This document shows positions 12,110 to 26,504 of a DNA stretch of 64,000 bases, one piece after another. The position numbers and the translations under genes were made by a program. The stretch's first letter is position 1. Each line of letters opens with the position of its first letter. The notes beneath the pieces were generated by a model. The model saw only the letters and a program-made list of their open reading frames with translations, was not told the origin of the DNA and ran no database searches. The DNA is taken from NCBI RefSeq assembly GCF_022539665.2, contig NC_081333.1, forward strand, positions 6,324,001 to 6,388,000, in the 5' to 3' direction. This DNA comes from Daphnia carinata. Its lineage: Eukaryota.

Positions 12110-12814
12110 CATGGTGTATTAGTAATGGTGGGACAACTCTTCGTTATAACGGCCTATCTCGGCTGAAGGCTATTTGTGGTCCAGGTGACCTATAGTCAGA
12201 GACGCTTAGTGGCCGATATTGAATAAAAAGTAAAGGCTGCATCTACTTGAAAAATTTTCTAAGTCCAAACACGGGGACATGTCCCATTATCCCATTACCT
12301 GTTACATATCAAAATTAACTTCTAACCTTTGCGTAGTTATATTATCGTATTTTTATGTTTAGTCCGTATAGAATGTGGAAAAAGTGGAAAAAAATCTTGT
12401 TTGTACTTGTCGCTCCTTAACAAAATAAAAATCAACAACATTGGTAAAATATAGAATACATTGGTAATATAGAATTGAAATGTGTGGGAAAACAATGGAA
12501 AGTGAAAAAAAAAACGTTAGGAAAGGAGAAAAAAGAAAGATTTATACTGGGTACGAACTCGAGACTCCCGTACTATAGTCGAGTGATCTATCTATTACAC
12601 CACTGTATTTCTAGTTACTCTCCTACCGCAACACTAGTACATCTCCCCCTTTGCCATTCCGTGGTTGGCGAATATTCTAGTTCGTAAATAGTTCCGATGG
12701 TGGCGTTGGCTATAAGTCTCCTCAGTTAGGCCACACCCACCTCCTCTGAAAACAGGCTTCATTCGAGATAGGCCTTAAAATGGAGAGTTGTCCCACCATT
12801 ACTAATACACCATG
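12110..12814. mobile_element. Non-autonomous P/Galileo-like DNA transposon (MITE), 705 bp
   Basis: Perfect 31-bp TIR CATGGTGTATTAGTAATGGTGGGACAACTCT (12110-12140 and 12784-12814), imperfect out to ~60 bp. Flanked by the 7-bp direct repeat GTTCAAC (12103-12109 and 12815-12821). CATG termini and a 7-bp semi-palindromic TSD fit the P superfamily (Galileo group). The element is seen directly; the superfamily is inferred. Confidence 0.85.
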
Positions 12815-13318
12815 GTTCAACTAGACAACACACGAACAGAAATGGATTTTCTTGCCTACCTAGCGAAGGCAGGCCTTACTACCAGCGACCATGACGCGCT
12901 TACGTGACAATAGTGGTAATAGTAGGAGGCGCTTTTGCGTCAAAACTAGGCACCAGAACCACCGAGACTTTAGAGTTTAGACTAGGGAAGTTTAGACCCT
13001 GCGGAAAGTTTTTGAATATCTAACGATAGCCTATCTAAAGATCGATATATCGTAAAAAAAATCAAATAAATAGTCACCCAAACTTCAACCTTCGTCTAAA
13101 CACAGATAGCGGTGATATTTCACATTTCTCCCTTTACAATATCCAAAGAAAGTCGTGCATTGAAAGCTGTAAAGTCAGAAGTTAAAGTTTTTAAAATAAG
13201 ATTGTCAACACGTTTCCTTCGCAAATCACGTACAAATATCTTAATTTGTTTTTTGTCCTGCTCTACCAGCTGTACGGTGTACGCCTTATCAGTTAATATC
13301 ACAATCTCATTCATTGCG

Positions 13319-15445
13319 ATGGCCTTGCCTATTTCTTCTTCTTCTTCTCCAAACGATCATGATCTCATAAAACAATCCCTGGTTAGGGATGATTCAGGTT
13401 CTAATAGTGTTCCTTCTAGGTTGGAAGATAATAACAATCCTCGTTGGGGACCATCACACAAGGGTGCTCAAGAATTAGCACAGCTTTACACTAAAGGTGA
13501 AGAATGTCATACATTTAAATTCATTATTTTCTGAAGTACCCACAGATTTTTCAATTTTCCTGCTATACAATGTAGATTATTATTTGTAAGCTTTCTGTTT
13601 CCTCTTTGAGATCACAGGCAAAAGATTCCAAGAAACCTTTTCGGTAGTTATTGCTGTTGCATTGATGGTGATAGATCTGTGTTATTTGATATATTACTTT
13701 CAACTTCAATCAATTGGTGTTATTCTACTTTCTGGCTGTGCTGGTATACTGTCAGCAGATTTTTCATCTGGACTCCTTCATTGGGCTGCAGATACTTGGG
13801 TGATAATTGTAAAATGTATTTGTTTAAAAATCACCAGGAACATTTTTTTAATTTTTATTTAAACAGGGCTCAGTTGACCTTCCTGTCGTAGGAAAGGTAT
13901 GTGTAAAAGTTTAAGTTTTCAATGACTATAACTTGAACCATGCTATAGTCATATCTGCTAGTCCTTAGATACCTAATGCTGTTGAATGATGGTGGTACAC
14001 CATGCTCATAGAAAACAACTAGGGGAAGTTCTCCCAGTCTGGGATTAAATTCGGCCCAAAAAATCGCAAATTCCATAAACCTTTACAAAAAAGAAAAAAT
14101 GAAACGTTATTCTAAAATTAGTTATATATTCGTAATCATGCTCTCATTTTAACACAACAGCTACGGAAAATTTTTTTTTTCTATTTGTTCACTCGGATGT
14201 GACGCCTACCACCAAACATAATAGACTGAATAAAAAAATTTAGTATAACATTTGAACGAAATATGCTTCTCTAACATCGATAGTCTTAATTTTCGTAGAA
14301 GCCAAAAAATTAAGTTTTAGCATATAATTGGAACCATAACCGCACAAAGGCATAGAACAATTGACAATTGAGGGGAAACATTAAATATAATCTATTACGG
14401 ATACCGATAAGGAAATAACAGGCCCACTCTCATCGATAAGAAAAGAACAATTGAACATCTCTTGAATCTCCCGCGACATCCATGCTGTTTCGAACAACAG
14501 ATTTGCTTACACAAACTGAAGTACCAATATCGAGGATGTATTAATAAATGTTTTAATAAGATGCTTCGTATCTAAAATGGCTATTATGTGTTATGGAGAT
14601 TGGTTAGCATTCTAGCTTAGCGACTCGAATGGTGTAGGTTTCATCAGTTCAGTTTTCCATAGTTTCTAAAACGGATGATCTCTTTTACCCAGTATGTAGT
14701 CTTTGCAGAGATCGTCCATGAATAAAGTTCTTTTCGCACATTTTTTTACATAAATTGCCATTTTAATCCTAAAATTTAACATAATAATTTAGATCGTTGT
14801 TTCTGTTTTTTTTAATGAATGCTTGAAATTGATAATTATGTGATAATCGCAAACTTCAACGATTAAGTTCAACCAAGTTTTATCTGGTTACTTGTCTATC
14901 TACAGAATTTTATCCGACCGTTTCGAGAGCATCACATCGATCCGACAGCCATAACTCGCCACGATTTCATTGAAACAAACGGCGATAATTTTATGGTGAT
15001 CATTTTGCCTTTAGGAATTATGGCGTCACGTTTTTCAACTTATTCGAGCGATCAAATTGCCCATTCCTATGCATGGTACTGGTACCTATTTCTGTTTTCA
15101 GTTTTCGTCTGCGTGACCAATCAGGTTCGTCACTAGCAATTTTTTAAAAAATTACGAAATAATACTAAAAGATTTATTTGGCAGATTCATAAATGGTCGC
15201 ACATGTATACCGGGCTTCCCAATTGGGTTCAATGTTTACAAGATTGTCACATTATTCTACCCCGCAAACATCACCGGAAGCACCATGAATCGCCTCATGA
15301 GACATTCTTCTGCATTACAACAGGTTGGCTGAACAGGCCTCTTGAAATCGTGAAGTTCTGGAAAATACTTGAATATTTAGTTGAAAGCGCCACTGGTCAA
15401 AAACCGCGAGCAGATGATTTCAAATGGGCCGAGAAAAGAAAGTAG
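13319..15445 (+). CDS. PEDS1: Plasmanylethanolamine desaturase TMEM189/Kua; multi-exon
   Basis: PRWGPSHKGAQELAQLYTKGKR, ADFSSGLLHWAADTWGS, FIRPFREHHIDPTAITRHDFIETNGDN, TNQIHKWSH and HHRKHH...FCITTGWLN: the His-box set of TMEM189. One ~1-kb intron (13897-14906). Confidence 0.95.
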
Positions 15446-15910
15446 CGGTCTAGTTACTGCGAGGCAAATATTGAGTCACTCCTATAACTATATTTTTGCT
15501 TTTACGTTATGCTGCCAGGCACAGTTCATAACAATGGTCCTATTTTACTTGCTCTGGAGATTGCTTCTTATACAGAAGTACATAAGGCTTGTTAATGCAA
15601 ATATGTCAAAATAACACTGATTTTCTTATGTTTGTTGTAGAATTCAGCATAGGAGCTCTTTGAATTACAGTATTAAACAGTATGAAATTGTCAAAAGAAG
15701 CGTATGAAACAAACAGAATACATTTTTTATTGGGTAATTTAGAAGTATTGTCAGAAATTACTTCTGTCTCTATCATTTTCATTTCGAGTAAATTGATACT
15801 GGGTAGCTTTTGTATCCACAAGTACCGGACATGGTGCAAATATATTTCTTTCTCTCCTCCAAGGCAATAAACTGAATACAGAATGTCGTATGTACCAATC
15901 TTTCGGAGGA

Positions 15911-18746
15911 CTATGCCGGAATTTGACGAAGATAAACTTGTCTTGCGTGTTCAACGGCATCCAAAAGAGTCTGTAATTCTGGCAATGGCTGGGAAGACAA
16001 TGAGCGAGCCTCTTCAACGAACAAATCGACATCAATGACAAGCTGTATTCGTATTTTATCGTCGTCGCTAATGCCGTTGCCGAGAGTCATCGATGCGGTA
16101 GCACTACGGTCTTTACGTAATCGTTTCAGGCTCTCTTCGGTTTTCTGAACAGACGTCAATACATCAGACACTGCTGCAAAATACCTGAAAAAACACACAC
16201 GGGTAGACGAGGTGGAGAGAAGACGTTGAGTGTATAAAATGGGAAAAACTGCACAGAAATACTTAACTGTAGAGATAAAGCTTTTATGACCCCATCTGTC
16301 CACTTTGAAACAAGTTCAGAGTGATTCGCGTGTAGTGCGCGGAAGTCCTTAATTCCAGCTAGCAACTGACCGACATAACTCGAAGCTTTCGTCGGTGCAT
16401 CTTTGTTTGTGCGTCGATATAATCTTGGAATATCTGCCACCTGTTTCAGGCGGGTTGCGCAGTTACGATCAACATCGCTAATAATAAGTTTGCTTATTTT
16501 TGGTAATATGACGCTTTCAAGATCTGCAACACAGCTTTGAAAAGCACCTAACGAGATCTCATTCATTAGTCAAATCACGTTGCTATCGAAATTTCTGAAA
16601 ATATGGAAATATTACGCATACTTACTTTCAAGAGCTTTAGGATTTTGTATGCCCAGTAAAGATAGTTGTTTCCAAGCCATGCTCCAGATCACAGGGAATT
16701 CAGCTACAATTATGCGGATGTCACTATCTAGCAGGACCAATTGGTGTTGCGTAAATTTTGCTTGGTGTTGTTGGGCCCCCGATAAATCCGTTTCAGTTAG
16801 CCTGGCGGTACTGCCTGACTGGGTTAACGACGTAGCTGGAATGCTTGTCTCGGTAGCCTTGAATTGCTATATGATTAAAAAAGACGAAAGCTAAATGGAA
16901 ATAAACTGGATTCTTACTTCTAACAAAATTTGGGTAATTTTCTGTTTGTAACGGGCAGTCATTTGAAGGGACAACTTCCAAAACCTGTAATCGTATTATG
17001 AGAGTAACTGAAGTAATAACAGATCAAAATTTGAATCACACCTGTGAGCTAAAGATGGAAGGTAAATATTAGGATCAAAGCACGACGCCAAAGCGTTTAG
17101 AAGAACTTCTGTGGTTTGAAAATTACTTCGATTTTTCTCTGCTGATGATTCGTTGAAAGGGGTAATGAGGCTTTTTTCAAGGCTACCAGCTAACTCTTGA
17201 AATCTAAAAACGACGAAAGCCATGAAAACCTAAGTTATACATGATTCATTTAAAAGACTTGCCGCATTTGGAAGTAAACAGGTAAATTCCAGCGTCTCAT
17301 TAAGGAATGAAACATTGGATCATTTTTTACGGAACGGTTGCAGGAACGATTTGACGACTCCTCCAAATAGTCAATAAATTCCATCGTGCACTTGTAGCGC
17401 TATACAATAAAAAATTTAACAGAAGTCCACGAGACATCTTACTAGAAGTTTAGTCATTCGACTCCACAGCAAATTTACTTTGTGATACAAATCGGGGTTT
17501 CCTTGCGCAAAAATGCAGTCTAGGTCAGAAACAAGAAAACCATAGAATTCTGGCCACAAACAGTCAACAACGAAGGTGAAGCCTTGCAGACCTTCAAAAC
17601 TGGAAAATCATAAACTATTATCGACAACTGTCTGAAGTGTAGAAGAATTTAGCTATTGCCTGAAAGTTTTGTTACCTTCTGCTTATTTCGAGCACATCCT
17701 TCAGCTTTTGCTTTATAAAATCTCTTATTTTGTTCAGAAGTCCATATAGATCCTGCGGATCCTTTCGTAAGGAACTGTTATTCAAAATTTTCTCAAATGC
17801 TGGATGAACAAGATGAATCCGGACAAGGTGAACTGCTAGTTTGCATTGATCCAAAGTGACAAACGTATGCAAAGCTTTTTGAAGAACATCCCGCTTTCGA
17901 TATTCAATTCCATGCAACAGTGTGTGTTCCAGACACTTTATTAAACTTGACTTGACATCGGCAGTTCTCTGTAAAAGCATTATTGAGAAACAACATCCAT
18001 GTATGATGTAATTATAATATGGTACCTTCTGCAAATCTGCAATCACTAGTGGTCCACTGCTACACTTTAAAAGCAAATGTTGCAACTGGTTATATTCATT
18101 TGCAGCTCTTCCAATCACATTACCTTTACTAGGATCCTCTTCTAACATACTGTTTCAGACTTTGCGAGACTAAGAAGTTTTTCTAAATTGTCCAGTGATG
18201 TAGGAATTTTCATCAGACATTCTAAAACAAGTTTCTGTTCCCTTAGGCATTGCCGTTCACTTAAATTAATTAGCAGAGTGCTGTGGGCATCATCTAGCAC
18301 TTTATTGACTGTCTAAAAGTAGAAGAAAATATGTTGTCTTTTGCCTTTTAATACTCTATTTCGTTGTGCACTCACCAAAATTTCTGCATGAATAGAAGTT
18401 AATGGTTGTTGTAAATTTGTGATAGCAATATCAAGCCCAACTAAATTTCCTGAGAGGTTGACAAAATCTGCATAATCTCTGTTTATGAGTTCAATCATAG
18501 CCGACCTTAAGACTTTTAAATAAGACCCCAGATCATCTCTCAAAACTTCCAAAGGAGCAGTATTCCATAGATCTTGCAGAAAGACATCTGCTGAAAAACT
18601 GTCCTAAATTTTTAGATAAAGATAAGTAAACAATTCGACGCGATTGGCAGCAATTTAAAACATAAAGAAAAAAAAACAAATACTTGAATAAAAATTTCTC
18701 GTTTGAAGCAAACCCCCGGTGGTGTTACAGGGACGACAGATTCCAT
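15911..18746 (-). CDS. COG2: Conserved oligomeric Golgi complex subunit 2; multi-exon
   Basis: MESVVPVTPPGVCFKREIF start, LRDDLGSYLKVLRSAMIELINRDYADFVNLS, RWNLPVYFQ, LKQVADIPRLYRRTNK, VLTSVQKTEESLKRL and SDDDKIRIQL are COG2 signatures. Confidence 0.95.
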
Positions 18747-19017
18747 ATCGAAGTTCTTGAACTACGATTGTTACAATGTTATGTATTTGAGCCTTAAATG
18801 ACCGGCAAATCTTTTCTTGTAAAAATTTTTCAAAGAACTGAACTGCAGAACTACTAGGCTTAGCACAGAACAACAATCAACAAATAAAGCAGTCGACGTG
18901 GCAATTTTTTAAGTAAAAACAAACATAGAGCCCGAGGCTTGTCAGCCGGGGGATTTGTTCAAAATTAAATCAAACAGAAGCTATCTTGCAAAGACATTAT
19001 TTCGGTTATCTAATAAG

Positions 19018-19270
19018 CAGTGTATTGGATTTTAACAAACCAAATCATCAAATCCAATCAAATCCAAATCACATCATTTGTGGATGTGGATTAAATTGGA
19101 TTTTACTGCTTAGGTTAGTTAAAGTTAGCTTAGGTTAGTTTAGGTTATGTTACTCGAGAACTTTTGCTGTCTTGAATGATTTAAAGATCCAATGCAAATC
19201 CGCAAAAAATTGGATTTGCTTCGGATTTCTATGTTTTTGCGGATTTGATTGGCCAAAATCCAATACACTG
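19018..19270. mobile_element. hAT-type MITE, 253 bp
   Basis: 16-bp TIR CAGTGTATTGGATTTT / AAAATCCAATACACTG. Perfect 8-bp TSD CTAATAAG at 19010-19017 and 19271-19278. Many subterminal AAATCC/GGATTT repeats. Confidence 0.92.
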
Positions 19271-20281
19271 CTAATAAGTACATTTTTATTATTAAAAAAT
19301 AGATTAAAGGATATGAAAGCTTAGATCTGTTAACTTTAATAAAAATGTGTTTTAGTTTTCCAGGAATGAAGCAGTAAACCGACAAATTTTTAAAAAATTT
19401 TACTAATTAAACTGACGAGAGAAAAAGCTATATAACGCAAACATTGTTCTGCAACTAACCTAAATTTTGTTAAAGTTTTTTTTTTTCAAAGGAGGGTCAC
19501 ACAGTGTTACTCTGTGGAAGGAGAATGATGGGTTCAAAATGTATTTTTTTTTTATGATGGGCTAACAAAACAACATCGATTTTACAGCAAAAGGAAGCAA
19601 ATAAAACAAGGCGCTTCCCAGTCAAGCGCAATTCTCCTATTCCTCAAAACTAACTGTGATTTGAAAAAGTTTTGCTCGTTTATCAAAATTAATTTTATTA
19701 CACAAAAATATGGGGAAAATCATGCAAGGAATACGCTCACATACAACGGGTGACGAGAGGAGGGATTGGAGTAATAAAAAAGATTACGTTTAACACCGAA
19801 TTTGGTATAGGTAATCATAGCTGAAATGATAAGACAATAATTATCTGGATGACACAGTATGACGTAGACGTATCAAGTCACGAGTTTTGGTTTCAGTCTT
19901 TACTCTTTCGCTTAGTTCATGAGTACGTGGAAGTAAATTCGTGATCAGAAACAAAAACTTATATATACTCTCATAAGGATACTCAAAAATACATATGACT
20001 CATTTATTATATTCATGGTGGTTTTCTTCCACTTGTGATTTTTTTTCTGTAGTTTTTCATATTTGTTTTAAGAAAAACGGAACAGGAGCGAGTTATCTTT
20101 ATTAAAATTTGGCTTTGTAGCATTGCAGCAGTTATGTGTCTGGGCAGTCTGACTATCTGTTGACATCTCCCAAATTTTAATACCAATTTTTCCTTCAGAT
20201 CTATTTATATAGACTTTCTTTTCTCTCTGTTTTTCTAAAGTTTTTAACTTTCAATATTTACCTTGATACGAGAATTTTAAA

Positions 20282-23196
<2,915 letters not shown>

Positions 23197-24217
23197 AGCA
23201 ATTTTCAACTAGCTCTGTAAGCATTGAAAGCTGCAAAACTCAATTGTCCTGTCATACCGCAAAGGCTTGCTTCTCTTAATTCTTTAACGCCCAGAAACGA
23301 TTTACAATATCTATATATGTGTATTTTCTAATAAAAATTTATATAGTACGTCGACCTATTCTAAAATTCTTATAATAGAACCTACTTGGTTTTCCTCTTC
23401 GTCAAGCTTTATCTCAGTCGGAAAAAAGGCATTCTGCGATACTTCTGTGACCGTAAAAGTTCTTTATAGTATTCCGGATACGGTAGGCCAAAATCTATGT
23501 TAACAATTTTAAAAAAGAACAGTGGAAATATGAAGTCTCGATCTAACTTCAGTGTGTCTTTGTTTGGCTTGATAGATTCTAATGTAAAATTGTATTTGTC
23601 AGCAATCCATTTAGCTAACTTTTGGATTGTCGATGCTCATCGTGGAGGTTGAGGCCTTTTAAGGGCTAAAAACAAGAAAGCAAGTTTAGGAGAAACACAG
23701 AGCAGAGCTAAAATCCCGCTATACCATGAACAGAAAGGAACCTCTTCAGTTTTGTAGTGTTTTTCTTTATTATTTAAAACTGAAATATACAAAAATATTT
23801 AGTAATGATGCTTCATATGAAATCGAGTACGAGTGACAGCCAGAATTAGACCACTTTTACATAAAACCAGTTGCTGCTCACTTGGAGAAAATTGCCATTC
23901 CGAATAGGAATATTTGTTGACGCGAAGTGTATACTCACAAGGGACATTGCAAGGTGGAATTTCTTTTCTGGATTGGCAGCAACTTCCGTACTTATCTTTT
24001 TATGTCTTAATGGGTACTATACTGTTTGAAAGTACAAATCCTAATTACAACTTCCAAGTAATTCCAACATTATGTTCTACCAAAAGTCATCTGTTTCACT
24101 TGTGGTTCAAAGTCTCATGTTTCGAAATTAACTGAGTTACAGTTCAAGCCACAACGATATACTCCAAGCATCCGAAATCAGCTCAAACACAGTGGCTGTG
24201 ATCAAGCTGCCAGTGTC

Positions 24218-25144
24218 CTAAAGATACTTTTGGTTTCCGATTTTGAATTTTGAGTTTAATTCATGAGACTTTTTTATCAATGATTTTCGTTTTGCGTCGT
24301 CAAGCTTGTTGAGTTTTAAATCTTCGTCCCGATTAAAAGGTTTCCTTTCAGTAGGTTTGGAAAGATTGTCTTTCTGAAGAAATGAACACCAATTACCTTT
24401 CATGGCTTTCCATTGATGGATAGGAAATAAAAACTGAAATTTACCATTTTTTTCAATTCTTTTTGGTGCATCTTCAGAAGACTCTCAGATCTCTTAGTTT
24501 TATCATGCTCTGCTACAACTTTCTCTAGCTTCTGATTCCTCTTTTGTTCTAAGTATTGCTTCCTCATTTCCCCATCAAAATCATCTTTTTCTTTGGATAT
24601 ACTAGCCTAATAAAGATTAACATAAGGACAAGAATAGTTATATAACTCAATATTTGTTTTGGTACAATAAAACCTTGGTAGTTGGAGTTGAAGTCCATTG
24701 ATCTCTGCCAACAACCTCTGGCTTTTCAGACCGATTGAATGCACGTGGGCCCAACCCAAAATTTTTCCTTTTAAGCTCTGGAAGTTCAATCATCCAGTCT
24801 TCTCTTTTAGGCTGTTTGCTTTCTTCATCTTCATCAGCCCCAAGTAATTTCCTTTTCATTTTAAGGGATCTTTGTTCAACATCAACAAATGAACTATGTT
24901 CAGAATCCCCACAGTTTGCTGGCAAGGGTCCAATAACTCTGTCATCATCAGATTCTGATTCACTTTCTTCAGTGATTGTTGCTTTTTTTTCACAAGAGAT
25001 ACTCGATGCATTGTTGTGCATCGGTTGTCTCAAATGGGCAGGAAGTGCTGGTCCATATAGATCAGCATCATCGGAGTTCGAATCTGCGTCATTTTCATAC
25101 GCTTTTTGTAGGTGGGGAGGTAGACTAGGTCCAATACGCGACAT
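24218..25144 (-). CDS. GPALPP1: GPALPP motifs-containing protein 1; 3 exons
   Basis: IGPSLPPHL, YGPALPAHL, IGPLP, KREDWMIELPE, FGLGPRAF, RSESLLKMH, ERKPFNRDEDL and a C-terminal LNSKF..G.QKYL. Confidence 0.9.
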
Positions 25145-25710
25145 TTTCTTTTTCTCTAATAGTACCACAGAATAAAAAAATTTAGGAAAAATAGCCTTAT
25201 TTTTGTTGTGGGTATAGCGACGGCTATCGAATATCTTACACCTAGCAGACGAACAGCGTCGTTTCTATTTGAAGAAGTTGGAAGGTTTTTTAGGCCTGGG
25301 TGAGTCAAGTCTCTGTTTGCGCTTGCTGCTACAGTTTTAGGACTTATCCATACTATGTAAATAGTTTTCAGCATAAAAATTTACTTGAAAACCGATTTCA
25401 ACATTACAAACAATATGCTGGAACTATTTTTAAATTAGATTTCGTAATTAGCATTTCTTTTTGCCCACAGATGGCGGTAAATACCATGCATTCAAAAGCC
25501 CCAAAGTGGTTTGTTAATAAAATAGAAAGAAATTCAATGCTATGTGCAGAAAGGCCTTTCATAGTATAAAGCATGCTTTCCAAACCAGTTTAGGATTTTG
25601 ATTGTAGCGTACCTCGTGCGTTGGCTAAGTTAAGGACAAAAAAAAGACGAATTAATCGTGTATGGTGATTCATATAATATTGTATCTAACAACCAACAGA
25701 TTGTCAAAAA

Positions 25711-26504
25711 ATGAAATTAGTTAGGTAAGTCCTTATTGTTCATCCGCTACATCTAACTTACGGTTTAATGCTGCAAGTTTGCTCTTTGTAAAGCCGGTTG
25801 GGATGCATCTGCCCATCATTGATACAATTTGTTTCAACATTTTTGTTATTTTTTCATAAATAATGCTATGTCATATATTCATTGAATAGTTGTATGATGT
25901 TTTCTTTACATTTAGGTTTTTGATGAAGCTGAGCCATGAAACTGTTATAATTGAACTGAAAAACGGAACACAGGTTCATGGAACAATAACAGGTATTTAT
26001 TTTTTTTAAATATTTTTTCTGTATGTCTTCAGTTGTTCTTTAATTATACTATTTAATAAGTATCTTAGAAATCTTTTGTAAGTAAATGCACTTAGTTTTC
26101 TTTGCAAATTGTTTTTTGGTGTGTACGTATAATAGCCCATCGATTCTGCATTTTCAGGTGTTGATGTTGCCATGAATACTCATTTAAAGGCTGTAAAAAT
26201 GACAGTAAAGAATAGAGATCCTGTTCAGCTTGAAACTCTAAGTATTAGAGGGAACAATATTCGGTACTACATTCTACCTGATTCTCTTCCTTTGGAAACA
26301 TTGTTGTTGGATGATTCTCCAAAAGCCAAGGCTAAAAAGAAAAAAGATGCAAGTGGTAGAGGTAATTTTTTGCATTTTTTAAATTGTATATTTGTCTCTG
26401 ATCATTTTTATAAATTGTCAGCCCGTGGAAGAGGACGTGGACGCGGAGCTGTCAGAGGAGGGCGTGGACGAGGGCGTGGACGAGCCACTGGTCCTCGACG
26501 CTGA
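25711..26504 (+). CDS. SNRPD1: Small nuclear ribonucleoprotein Sm D1; 4 exons
   Basis: [46 protein letters not shown]...[21 protein letters not shown] with a C-terminal RG repeat. Confidence 0.97.

Noticed and set aside
25725..25915. Possible H/ACA snoRNA in SmD1 intron 1
   Set aside because: One weak hairpin followed by ACA, but no convincing H box or second hairpin.
26362..26421. In-frame 60-nt intron in SmD1 (similar cases in COG2, MOCOS and spastin)
   Set aside because: Stop-free short introns are expected by chance; there is no evidence of regulated retention.
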